A DNA stretch of 47,910 nucleotides, from UHGV virus genome UHGV-1380528. The stretch is one strand, 5' to 3'. The stretch comes from a virus. The notes beneath the pieces are model-generated. The model searched no databases, was not told where the DNA came from, and worked only from the letters and a program-made list of their open reading frames with translations. Below, piece after piece: positions 38,985 through 47,003 of the stretch. How positions within the stretch are numbered: the stretch's first letter is position 1; each line of letters begins with the position of its first letter. The position numbers and the translations under genes are program-made.

Positions 38985-39119
38985 ATGAACGAGACTGATG
39001 CTGATTTGAGATTTTACATCGACCTTTACATTGACCAGGGTTACACCTATGAGGAGGCCCGCGTAAAGGCGATTTTGTTGCTGGCTAAGATTGGCGTAGT
39101 GGTGGAGGATAAGAGATGA
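38985..39119 (+). CDS. small protein (44 aa)
   Basis: GAGGG RBS; stop overlaps next ATG. Confidence 0.35.
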   Translation: MNETDADLRFYIDLYIDQGYTYEEARVKAILLLAKIGVVVEDKR

Positions 39120-39469
39120 GCACTGATTACAGCAAGATGAGTGATTTTGAGATTAACAAGTGCGTGGCATTAATAGTTAATCCAGCCTTAGCCGAAATGG
39201 AGTGCTATGACATCAGTAGTCGCGCCGTATTTCACGACAAAAGCGGCACCTGCGGATTCTCTTTCATTTCAGACCCCGCCGATGCATGGCCGATTATTCA
39301 CTATAACAGGATTGGCGTAATTCCAGCTCCTTGCTATGGAGAATGGAAGGCCGCCCATCGCGCGGTAGGTGATGACGGCACGCCTCACCATTTTACCCAG
39401 CATACCAATCCACTCCGCGCAGCAATGATAGTTTTCCTGAAAATGCAGGAGTCCAAAAATGCCAGTTAA
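39116..39469 (+). CDS. hypothetical protein (117 aa)
   Basis: ORF in small-gene island inside tail module. Confidence 0.45.
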   Translation: MSTDYSKMSDFEINKCVALIVNPALAEMECYDISSRAVFHDKSGTCGFSFISDPADAWPIIHYNRIGVIPAPCYGEWKAAHRAVGDDGTPHHFTQHTNPLRAAMIVFLKMQESKNAS

Positions 39470-39611
39470 CAAAGATGATGAAGATGTGATATCTGCATAT
39501 GCAGGCCAGCGCATCGATATAAACTACGCGATAGCAATTCACCTGAGACGATCTGAGTTTATTGCTAATCTGATTTTGTGGGGCGTCAAGAACAAGACGA
39601 GGAAGGCGTGA
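39459..39611 (+). CDS. small protein (50 aa, MPVNKDDEDVISAYAG...)
   Basis: Overlapping coupled ORF below 60-aa cutoff. Confidence 0.3.
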   Translation: MPVNKDDEDVISAYAGQRIDINYAIAIHLRRSEFIANLILWGVKNKTRKA

Positions 39612-39799
39612 TGAAATCTGGATATCCTGGGAATAATGAATATCCCATCCCATATCGCCACGTTAATGTGATTGTTATAGCTCGAGGGAAAATCAAGGCT
39701 AAGTATGATGGCGTAGCATACTGGAGTGGATTTAGGTGGATGGGAGTTGATGGGTTCAGGATTGGTTATGGACGGGTTATAAAATGGATTTATAAATAA
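39611..39799 (+). CDS. small protein (62 aa, MKSGYPGNNEYPIPY...)
   Basis: GTGATG coupling; followed by terminator. Confidence 0.35.
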   Translation: MKSGYPGNNEYPIPYRHVNVIVIARGKIKAKYDGVAYWSGFRWMGVDGFRIGYGRVIKWIYK

Positions 39800-39823
39800 A
39801 CCCCCTTTCGGGGGTTTTCTTTA
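39797..39823. terminator. bidirectional rho-independent terminator
   Basis: ccccctttcggggg hairpin with T-runs on both strands. Confidence 0.7.
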
Positions 39824-40576
39824 TGCCGTAACGGTAACAGCACACTTGGTGGAGTCAACGTAATCAGGGCTTGTTGCCGAGTCAGTCACGCGGCAGAAGT
39901 ACGTACCAGCATCACCAGCGGCGGCGGTGGCCTTGGTGAACGTGTCGGTAGTAGCACCGCTGATAGGCGTAGTGCCTTTATACCATTGATAGGTATAAGG
40001 CTCGACACCGCCAGCCGCAACTACCGGACCGAGCGTCAGAGTGGCGCCAGTGGCAACGCTTTTGGTTGGGCTGATATCAGTGGTCAGCGTCAAATCTTCG
40101 ATGCTGGACACGTCAACGGTAGAGCCATCATACGGCTTGAATTCAACTGAACCGGTGATGATGTCGTTGGTGCCGCCATCGTAGCTCAGTGCGGTGATGT
40201 TGCAGTAAGCTACCACGACGGTGTTACCAGTCGTTTGACGAACCCACAGTGACGGCTGGCGACGCGCTTTTACTTCGGTGACAAAGTATTTGATGAGGTT
40301 ATGCACGCCATACTCATCAGCCTTGTCAGCCTTGCGAACCTCAAAATCACCGGAAATGGTGAGGTCTGCGGTAGTGACCAGCGTTGCGACAAAGCCATCA
40401 CCATCATCAGCCTCAGAAGTGGTGGTGCTTGGGCTGAAGTCGACGCCTTTTGAGGTCATGGGAGCAAAAAACTTCCAGTCTTCCTCTGCTGGCACAGCAT
40501 CCCAGCAGCCATCAGCCAGCTCAATGAGCGACTGGCGACCTGTGATGATGCCATTATCAATTGCACAAATAGCCAT
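39821..40576 (-). CDS. major tail protein with C-terminal Ig-like domain
   Basis: 251 aa; C-terminal YTYQWYKGTTPISGATTDTFT...GTYFCRVTDSA Ig-like (Big_2-type) decoration as in lambda gpV. Confidence 0.65.
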   Translation of the reverse strand: MAICAIDNGIITGRQSLIELADGCWDAVPAEEDWKFFAPMTSKGVDFSPSTTTSEADDGDGFVATLVTTADLTISGDFEVRKADKADEYGVHNLIKYFVTEVKARRQPSLWVRQTTGNTVVVAYCNITALSYDGGTNDIITGSVEFKPYDGSTVDVSSIEDLTLTTDISPTKSVATGATLTLGPVVAAGGVEPYTYQWYKGTTPISGATTDTFTKATAAAGDAGTYFCRVTDSATSPDYVDSTKCAVTVTA

Positions 40577-40621
40577 GTTTAGAATCCTCTGTGTTTAGCT
40601 AAACAATCGCATTATATCATG

Positions 40622-40650
40622 TTGACAGGTGTTGATTGGTGGTGTAGATT
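40622..40650 (+). promoter_or_regulatory. consensus sigma70-type promoter TTGACA-17-TAGATT
   Basis: -35 40622..40627, 17-nt spacer, -10 40645..40650; no protein gene for about 900 nt downstream. Confidence 0.55.
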
Positions 40651-41300
40651 TAACTTGCTGGTCGCAGAATGCAGGAAGATTGAAAGGTGGTATTCGGATT
40701 GACTGTTAATTTGAGACGCCAGCAACTATCAGGTAAGGGCATTGGGTTAGCGCAGCAGAGAAACCGTCAAAGTAGAGTCATAATCGAAAAGACGATTCTG
40801 TTTGGTCGATGCAATGAGTGCTCTTTCCGATAGTTTTCGTGGCGACTTTGCGGGTTTTTAGAAACTGACCACAAAGATAAATGCAAACGAAGAAATGTAT
40901 CTGGCAGTAGCCTAACGGCTAAACACCAGCAAGGTCTTCCGACTCCTTGTCAATGAATTCGGCGCATTGCGGCCCTGAGATGTGATTAATAAATCAGGGC
41001 ACACAACAGGTAAGAGCATTGAATGTCGCGTTAGCGAATGGACAAGGTTTCCTTGCAGTGCTCTTTCCGTTGTGGTAATGCGGCTATGCGCACGCGGCAA
41101 GGTAGAAATATACTCCCGATTGACTATGCCTGCTGGATTTACCGACCAGCAACCTGGAGGCACCAGGGCCACAACAATATATATGAAATGGGCTGATCAC
41201 CCTAAAGTCGTCGAACTGATGTCCTCTGAACTGCAATGCTAAATAACATATCTTTGATATCTTATTCTGGCACCAGATTCATGGTTGAAGCGGCGCACAT
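40651..41300 (+). ncRNA. noncoding leader / candidate ncRNA region upstream of tRNA cluster with two imperfect repeat units
   Basis: No credible ORF; repeated blocks caggtaagRgcattg, agtgctctttccg and cgattgact occur twice (about 40700..40845 and about 41008..41125). Confidence 0.35.
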
Positions 41301-41302
41301 AC

Positions 41303-41390
41303 GGATAGTTGGCTGAGAGGACGAAAGCAGTCGGTTGCTAACCGATAAACCGGAAACGGTTCACAGGTTCGAATCCTGTACTATCCGCCA
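41303..41390 (+). tRNA. tRNA-Ser (anticodon GCU), type II with long variable arm
   Basis: Manual fold: acceptor GGATAGT/ACTATCC, anticodon loop TTGCTAA, variable stem ACCG/CGGT, T-loop GGTTCGAATCC, encoded CCA. Confidence 0.75.
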
Positions 41391-41396
41391 CATTCA

Positions 41397-41473
41397 GCAC
41401 CATTAGCGTAATTGGATAGCGCAAGAGGCTTCTATCCTCTGGGTTTCAGGTTCGAATCCTGAATGGTGCACCA
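41397..41473 (+). tRNA. tRNA-Arg (anticodon UCU)
   Basis: Manual fold: acceptor GCACCAT/ATGGTGC, anticodon stem AGAGG/CCTCT loop CTTCTAT, T-loop TTCGAAT, CCA. Confidence 0.75.
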
Positions 41474-41476
41474 AAT

Positions 41477-41553
41477 TCCCGTTTAGCTTAACTGGTTAAA
41501 GCACCCGACTCATAATCGGATGATTACAGGTTCGAATCCTGTCGCGGGAACCA
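41477..41553 (+). tRNA. tRNA-Met (anticodon CAU; elongator/initiator/Ile2 identity unresolved)
   Basis: Manual fold: anticodon loop CTCATAA, T-loop TTCGAAT, acceptor with one 7:66 mismatch, CCA. Confidence 0.6.
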
Positions 41554-41571
41554 ACATTAAAAGGGTGTTAG

Positions 41572-41769
41572 ATGAAAGAATTGTATGAAAAATTTAGACC
41601 GCTGGCGTCTGTAATTCTCGTTTTGATTATCTGTGTGAACCTGATTGCTCCGGGTATTTTACACTACAATAATTTTATCTATGGATTCATGGTTTTCCTT
41701 GCAGTATGTGTTATTTTATTGGCTGTGATTGGCGACCTTCTCGTTTGGTTAAAAAAGGTTAACAAATGA
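41572..41769 (+). CDS. small membrane protein (65 aa)
   Basis: Two hydrophobic helices. Confidence 0.4.
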   Translation: MKELYEKFRPLASVILVLIICVNLIAPGILHYNNFIYGFMVFLAVCVILLAVIGDLLVWLKKVNK

Positions 41770-41864
41770 CAAGCATTCTCAAAGCAATCAAGGAAGACCT
41801 CAGCAAGATGGTTGAGGCGGCATTCATCAAGGAAGAGCAGGCGCAAAAAGTTCTTCCTAAGTAA
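41766..41864 (+). CDS. small protein (32 aa)
   Basis: ATGA overlap with upstream gene; below ORF-track cutoff. Confidence 0.2.
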   Translation: MTSILKAIKEDLSKMVEAAFIKEEQAQKVLPK

Positions 41865-41867
41865 AAA

Positions 41868-41897
41868 TAACAGGCCGCATTAGCGGCCTTTTTTATT
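41868..41897. terminator. rho-independent terminator
   Basis: ggccgcattagcggcc hairpin plus TTTTTT. Confidence 0.65.
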
Positions 41898-42276
41898 CAC
41901 CAAAAACAACCCTCAGCAACAATTCATAAACAGGCCGTTGCTCTGTCGTAAGCGTCGGGCGACCAAGCGGCGCCTGTAGCTGAATCATGCCAATACAACT
42001 ATCAACGGGATGCTCTTTGATGTATGCGATGACATCAAGCGCTTTAGCTTTTGTCTCCTCAATGTTGTACTGACCCTGCTGACCGACAACATAGAGCGAA
42101 AAATAATAATCATTGCTGAGGTCTTTGCTTACGTTCGTTCCGCCATTGGATTGCAGCACCACAAACCGGTCGGTGCCAACTTCGGTATCGTTCCAGAACT
42201 CAAGCTGAGAAGTCCACCCATCATAAAGACCGGCATCGCTAAGGTACTGGTCAACAAGCTCAAGCATATCTCTCAT
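41893..42276 (-). CDS. tail terminator / completion protein candidate
   Basis: 127 aa, last head-tail gene before major tail. Confidence 0.4.
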   Translation of the reverse strand: MRDMLELVDQYLSDAGLYDGWTSQLEFWNDTEVGTDRFVVLQSNGGTNVSKDLSNDYYFSLYVVGQQGQYNIEETKAKALDVIAYIKEHPVDSCIGMIQLQAPLGRPTLTTEQRPVYELLLRVVFGE

Positions 42277-42689
42277 TTTAGCGTCATCTCTTTTTTAATT
42301 ACCTGATCGACAAGCTCGCGTGTATTCTCGCCAGCCTTGAGAAGGAATTTAGGTTCGCCGCTCTTATCCCACACGTTACCCTTTCCTTTGAGCCATCCTG
42401 TGCGCGGTGTATTCGTGCCAAGCAGTTTACCTGGTGCATTGTGGACATACAGAGCATAATTAGCTGCATACCCAATCTTGCCAGTTATGCGAGTGCCATT
42501 AACCTCAACAGTATCATACTGGCTGTTTATCAGCGCCGATGTAGCTACTGGAGTCATGGAGGCCGATTCAGTCCTGATGATGTAGGTAGCGGCTTTTATT
42601 GCTGACACCGCTTTCTCTCCAGTAATCTCGCCTACTATCTGCTGAGTGCGCTTGATCGCCTGCTGGATACCTCGCATTTTGGCGGCCAT
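42273..42689 (-). CDS. HK97 gp10-family tail component
   Basis: 138 aa resembling HK97 gp10-like proteins; position. Confidence 0.45.
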   Translation of the reverse strand: MAAKMRGIQQAIKRTQQIVGEITGEKAVSAIKAATYIIRTESASMTPVATSALINSQYDTVEVNGTRITGKIGYAANYALYVHNAPGKLLGTNTPRTGWLKGKGNVWDKSGEPKFLLKAGENTRELVDQVIKKEMTLK

Positions 42690-42692
42690 GCA

Positions 42693-43037
42693 TTACCCCG
42701 TTACCAGCGCAAAATCAGGCAGGTCATTGCGGTCTAACGTATTGCCGTAATTCACAACGTTTCTAATCTGGTCAGCTCCGGCGGGCAGCGGGTCAGAGCT
42801 GGTAATGGTGCCAAGCATGATGAAGTCGCCAACAGACGCATCCTGATATTCCGTCCAGAATGTGTTTTTCTGTGCAATCTCATTGCCAGCAGTGCCAGTG
42901 GTCAGATTCTTATCGAAGCCATAATCACACATGATGGACTCTGGAGCGGCAAATGTCGGCTTGCCATACTTATCCTTGCCAGTAAGCCGCCAGATTGTGC
43001 ATGGCTGCGTATAGCTCCATCTCGCTATTGCTGACAT
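42693..43037 (-). CDS. head-tail adaptor protein
   Basis: 114 aa; position. Confidence 0.4.
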   Translation of the reverse strand: MSAIARWSYTQPCTIWRLTGKDKYGKPTFAAPESIMCDYGFDKNLTTGTAGNEIAQKNTFWTEYQDASVGDFIMLGTITSSDPLPAGADQIRNVVNYGNTLDRNDLPDFALVTG

Positions 43038-43155
43038 GGTGCGGCCTCAAGAGTATAAACCCAGCGCGGAACAGGAAGGCGCAGCAATACCAGAATAACC
43101 AGCAGCGGCATGCACCATTTACGGATTGCGATATTTACAGTTAATGTTTGCGTTT

Positions 43156-43545
43156 TCATCTGCACTTGCTCCCGGTGACAACCCGAAACCACAGCTTTGC
43201 TGTCCCATCAGGCTCTTCCACAAGGTCGCCTGTGCAGTCTGCCGTATCGAGTAGTTTCATCTGATTGTAAAGGGCCATCCACGGCTTGCTGCCATAGCCA
43301 AATGACTGCGACGCACCAGATGGCGCCCGATGGCTGGTAATGTATCTCCCGGCTGTATTTGAGGCGATCAGGATAGATGCCCATAGCAGAATTGCATCCT
43401 GCCTGCATGTGTCTTCAGGGTAATTAAGCTCAAGGCACTCTGTGATGCTCGCCACCAGGCACAGGATGCCCGTTGCATCTGCCGTGGTGATGGTTACGCC
43501 TCTTGACGCCATGGCGGCGACGAGTTCACTTGCTGTCGGTGCTGC
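43156..43545 (-). CDS. head-tail connector / head closure protein candidate
   Basis: Internal Met MAAPTASELVAAMASRG preferred over track start; position after capsid genes. Confidence 0.35.
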   Translation of the reverse strand, partial: AAPTASELVAAMASRGVTITTADATGILCLVASITECLELNYPEDTCRQDAILLWASILIASNTAGRYITSHRAPSGASQSFGYGSKPWMALYNQMKLLDTADCTGDLVEEPDGTAKLWFRVVTGSKCR

Positions 43546-43813
43546 CATTCTTTTTGCTCTCCCGAATCTTCCACCACATCTCAAAAAGGTTTTTTGCCAC
43601 CAGTGACAGCGCGCCAAGTATAGAAGCTACCGCTGCCCACTCGGTAATCGAATGGGGGATCATTGAGGCAATGTATGATTGCGCTACTGGCGTTTGCTCT
43701 GCCACCTTCAGGCCAAGGCCCGTACCAATGGACGTATAACCGGCTTTGTCGATTACCTGGCCGACAGTGCCACTAATTATCTGGTTTGCGGCGTGCTGAA
43801 GCGCGTCTCTCAT
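43526..43813 (-). CDS. small membrane protein (95 aa, C-terminal TM)
   Basis: Hydrophobic WAAVASILGALSLVAKNLF. Confidence 0.3.
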   Translation of the reverse strand: MRDALQHAANQIISGTVGQVIDKAGYTSIGTGLGLKVAEQTPVAQSYIASMIPHSITEWAAVASILGALSLVAKNLFEMWWKIRESKKNGSTDSK

Positions 43814-43973
43814 TAATTATTCTCCGAATGATGAACTTCCAGCATCTGTACACCTGAACCAGCGAAAACGCTATGACGATAACGCCGATTGCTATATCCA
43901 ATTTCGCCGCCTTACGTTTTTCAGGACGGAACAGCGCGGGGTGAGTGTTGTTGGTTTAATTTTATCATAAAGT

Positions 43974-44002
43974 GTTGACGTAGATTGAGGGTGTAGCTAT
44001 AG
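43974..44002 (+). promoter_or_regulatory. promoter TTGACG-17-TATAGT including TTGACGTAGATTG motif
   Basis: -35 43974..43979, -10 TATAGT 43997..44002; upstream of 44044 gene. Confidence 0.55.
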
Positions 44003-44043
44003 TGATGACGTAGAAACAACAATAAATGTTAGAGGTGATGAAG

Positions 44044-44361
44044 ATGAATGAATTCAAAGGTACACCGGGACCGTGGTTTGGAGATAACAGCAGGGCAATA
44101 GGGCCAAAATCAACAGAGGACGACCAGTCTTATGGAATGATTATTCCTGTCGGCTGGGTTGAGTTTGACCCTGAAGTTGAGGTTCAAGTTGCCAACCAAC
44201 GAATGATGGCCGCCGCACCTGAATTGCTGGAAGCACTTCAATTATTAATGGCTGAGCAAACAGGTGGTAATAAGTCATGCGGCCATAATGGTTTTACATG
44301 CATGTGCCTATATGACAAAGCGCGTGCCGCAATCGCCAAAGCACTTGGAGAATCCCAATGA
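44044..44361 (+). CDS. hypothetical protein (105 aa, MNEFKGTPGPWFG...)
   Basis: AGAGG RBS 9 nt upstream of ATG 44044. Confidence 0.45.
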   Translation: MNEFKGTPGPWFGDNSRAIGPKSTEDDQSYGMIIPVGWVEFDPEVEVQVANQRMMAAAPELLEALQLLMAEQTGGNKSCGHNGFTCMCLYDKARAAIAKALGESQ

Positions 44362-44474
44362 TCCGCCAGGAAATCCGCAAAGAAGACCTGAAAGCGTGGC
44401 GCATTTTCAAGATTAAGCTGACATTAATCGTTATCGGATTCGCCATTGCCAGCGCAATCTGTTTATCAAAGTGA
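44358..44474 (+). CDS. small membrane protein (38 aa)
   Basis: ATGA overlap; hydrophobic LTLIVIGFAIASAICL. Confidence 0.3.
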   Translation: MIRQEIRKEDLKAWRIFKIKLTLIVIGFAIASAICLSK

Positions 44475-44481
44475 GGAAAAG

Positions 44482-45297
44482 ATGACATCTCTCGGAAAAA
44501 TTTACTCAGACAAAGAAACTCGCGGCGGAATCGTGGTCAACAAAGGTTATCAGGTTCCTGTCGACCAGCTTTATCTTGAGCCAGGCTACAACATCCGCGA
44601 AGCCGATGAGCAGCACGTTGAATACTTCGCGCAGTGCTGGGAATCAGGCCAGCCAATCCCGGCGTTAACTGTTATTCCTGATGCTGACGGAAAGCGCATT
44701 AAGATTCTTGACGGCCAGCATCGTTATCTTGGCGCACTTCGTGCCATTGAGCACGGAGTACCAATTGCGCGCATTGAGTGCAAAGACTTCACCGGCGATG
44801 AAGCGGATAAAATCGCCTTCATGGTGTCTTCCAGTCAGGGTAAGCAACTCGACCCGCTTGAGCGCGCAAAGGCCTACGTGAGACTGAAAGGCTTCGGATG
44901 GACGAATGAAGAAATCGCCAAAAAGGTTGGTCGCTCAGTTTCTGATGTACAGATGCACCTGTCACTTGGTGATGTACCTGATGCTATCAAGCAACGTATC
45001 AATGCAGGACAAATCAGCTATGCCAACGCCGTTGCAGTGGCACGTGAGCATGGCGATGATGCCGTTAACGTTATTGATGCTGCCGTTGAGGAAGCGAAAG
45101 CGCAGGGCAAGGATAAGGTGACGGCGAAAACGCTCAAGGCCAAAAAAGTTAAGCCGATTGACCGTCTGATTCAGTTGCTGAAAGAAGCAGACCACATGGT
45201 TGTCGCTGAGGGGCATGTCGCACAGGAGACAGAAGAATTTTTGCGCCTTCCTTCTGCGGAATTGAATGAAGTGCTGGCGATTCTGGAGAAGCTGTGA
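44482..45297 (+). CDS. ParB/Srx-like nuclease domain protein
   Basis: KILDGQHRYLGALRA ParB-box signature; GAGGAAAAG RBS; coupled to downstream MTase. Confidence 0.65.
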   Translation: MTSLGKIYSDKETRGGIVVNKGYQVPVDQLYLEPGYNIREADEQHVEYFAQCWESGQPIPALTVIPDADGKRIKILDGQHRYLGALRAIEHGVPIARIECKDFTGDEADKIAFMVSSSQGKQLDPLERAKAYVRLKGFGWTNEEIAKKVGRSVSDVQMHLSLGDVPDAIKQRINAGQISYANAVAVAREHGDDAVNVIDAAVEEAKAQGKDKVTAKTLKAKKVKPIDRLIQLLKEADHMVVAEGHVAQETEEFLRLPSAELNEVLAILEKL

Positions 45298-46001
45298 TGA
45301 TTATAAATGAAGATGTGCAATTGATTCATGGTGATTGCCTGGAAGTTATGAGGTCTATTCCGGCAGGTAGCGTTGATTTGGTTTTGTGCGACTTACCATA
45401 TGGCACCACTCAGAATAAGTGGGATTCAATAATTCCATTTGGTGATTTATGGAATTCTTATAACCGTGTCTGTAGTGGTTTGATAGTGCTTACAGCGAGC
45501 CAGCCATTTAGTAGTGCGCTTGTTATGAGTAATGCATCAGGATTTAGATACGAGTGGGTGTGGGTGAAAACAAAAATAACTGGCGTTTTAAACGCCAAGA
45601 GAATGCCAGTAAGAAAACACGAGCAAATACTAGTTTTTGGTAATGGTAAAACATATAACGCACAAGGACTAGTGAGAAAAGGGACGAAAACAAAGCAGGG
45701 TGGGTGTAGTAGTAATTATGGCATCCGATCGCACGAAGATTATGTGCAGGAATGGACAAATTGGCCGCGAGACGTTTTAGAGATAGCGTCATAAGGTAAA
45801 ACAGTACACCCCACCCAAAAACCAGTCGCACTTATGGAATATCTTGTAAGAACGTACACCAATGAAGGTGAAACAGTGTTGGACAACTGCATGGGCAGCG
45901 GAACCACCGGCGTGGCGTGCGTGAATACAGGGCGCAGATTTATAGGAATCGAAAAAGATGATGGGTATTTTGAAGTGGCAAAAAAAAGGATTTTAGGATG
46001 A
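45294..46001 (+). pseudogene. beta-class DNA N6A/N4C methyltransferase interrupted by in-frame TAA at 45792..45794
   Basis: N-part has DPPY motif (LVLCDLPYGT); after TAA the same frame continues [13 protein letters not shown]...[15 protein letters not shown]...GRRFIGIE (AdoMet motif I). Confidence 0.6.
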
Positions 46002-46174
46002 ACCACGAACAATTCATAGAGAAAAACCTGCGCGAAAAACTTCCAGGCATCGACAACGCGGCCATAGAGGCCGCAATTACCCACCACAGGCGCAACCAGA
46101 GTGAAAATAAAGGCAAGATTTTCGATGAATGCCTGAGGGTTGCAAAACAACACATGATAAAGGTGAAGTGATGA
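45998..46174 (+). CDS. small protein (58 aa)
   Basis: ATGA overlaps with flanking genes. Confidence 0.35.
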
Positions 46175-46707
46175 AATTAAAAATCAGCAAATTACTTCTT
46201 GAAGGCGCGTTGATGTTCCATGCCAAACAGGATGTTCGCTATTACCTGAATGGCATTTGCTTTATGCCTGATGGTCGCGTTGCCGCTACTGACGGTCATC
46301 GCGCCATGATTGCCAGTAAGCATGAAAATAAATTGAAAGATAACGTTATCGTTTCTGTCAGCAAGTCGCCAACTAAGCGTTATGCGTATGCTCTACTGGA
46401 CACCAAAACAGGTATTGTTACTTACCATGACGAGCATGAAATCATGGTAGGCGCTGGTATCTGTTCTGAGATTGATGGTCGATTCCCTGATATTGATCGC
46501 ATTATTCCAAAGCAGACCGCGCCAACAGAGCAGATTGGATTTAATGCCAAGTATCTGGCAGATGTTGAGAAGCTGGCAAAGCTGTTTAACCCGAAGTATG
46601 AGGCGGTACTATTTGAGCTTAATGGAAACACCAGCGCCGCCGTTGCAAACATCAGTGCGTCTACTGGCGAGACTGCAAAAGTTATCGTTATGCCGATGAG
46701 GATTTAG
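46171..46707 (+). CDS. truncated DNA polymerase III beta sliding-clamp (DnaN) homolog, 178 aa
   Basis: Recalled alignment to E. coli DnaN: QDVRYYLNG, ATDGHR, DGRFPD..RIIPK, IGFNAKYL(A)DV and C-terminal VIVMPMRI match DnaN domain II plus C-terminal half of domain III; domain I absent. Confidence 0.65.
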   Translation: MKLKISKLLLEGALMFHAKQDVRYYLNGICFMPDGRVAATDGHRAMIASKHENKLKDNVIVSVSKSPTKRYAYALLDTKTGIVTYHDEHEIMVGAGICSEIDGRFPDIDRIIPKQTAPTEQIGFNAKYLADVEKLAKLFNPKYEAVLFELNGNTSAAVANISASTGETAKVIVMPMRI

Positions 46708-46732
46708 CAGCGCGCTATAGTCGCCATAACCA

Positions 46733-46762
46733 CAATAAAAAACCCGCAAACAAGCGGGTTTA
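46733..46762. terminator. rho-independent terminator (strong on minus strand)
   Basis: aacccgcaaacaagcgggtt hairpin, AAAAAA upstream gives T-run on minus strand. Confidence 0.6.
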
Positions 46763-46764
46763 TT

Positions 46765-46959
46765 TTACTTGGTTTTCTTCGCCTTTGGCTGCGATTCTTG
46801 CGGAGTTGCAACTTCCAGAATTTTCTCACTAACCGGGCGAAGTTTTGACTCAATGTGCGGAGTGGATTCGTCAATCACGTCGCCAATAGCAAGCTCACGT
46901 AGGCGACCGTCTTTATCCTTGATGAAGATTCCGCTGGCGATTACTTCATATTTAGCCAT
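46765..46959 (-). CDS. hypothetical protein (64 aa) downstream of capsid gene
   Basis: ORF bracketed by two terminators. Confidence 0.4.
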   Translation of the reverse strand: MAKYEVIASGIFIKDKDGRLRELAIGDVIDESTPHIESKLRPVSEKILEVATPQESQPKAKKTK

Positions 46960-46976
46960 GATAACCTCTGATAGTT

Positions 46977-47003
46977 AAAAGGGGCTTTCGCCCCTTTTTT
47001 TTT
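46977..47003. terminator. rho-independent terminator after major capsid gene
   Basis: ggggctttcgcccc hairpin with TTTTTTTTT. Confidence 0.7.

Noticed and set aside
40730-41015. CAGGTAAG sequences resembling eukaryotic 5' splice sites
   Set aside because: Part of the imperfect repeat unit; no group I/II intron features; coincidence
40690-41140. Possible CRISPR-like repeat array
   Set aside because: Only two imperfect units with unequal spacing; no regular repeat-spacer structure and no cas genes
40912-41242. ORFs 40912..41172 (-) and 40982..41242 (+) in the region between promoter and tRNAs
   Set aside because: They overlap each other, lack an RBS, and lie downstream of a promoter with no translation signal; the region is better explained as noncoding RNA
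41303-41553. tRNA genes as a prophage attachment site
   Set aside because: No integrase or recombinase in the window; the tRNAs are complete, share phage-like T-loops and sit inside a phage transcription unit
43031-43156. 41-aa hydrophobic ORF between the head-tail genes
   Set aside because: Weak start context and overlaps the next gene start; left unannotated for lack of support
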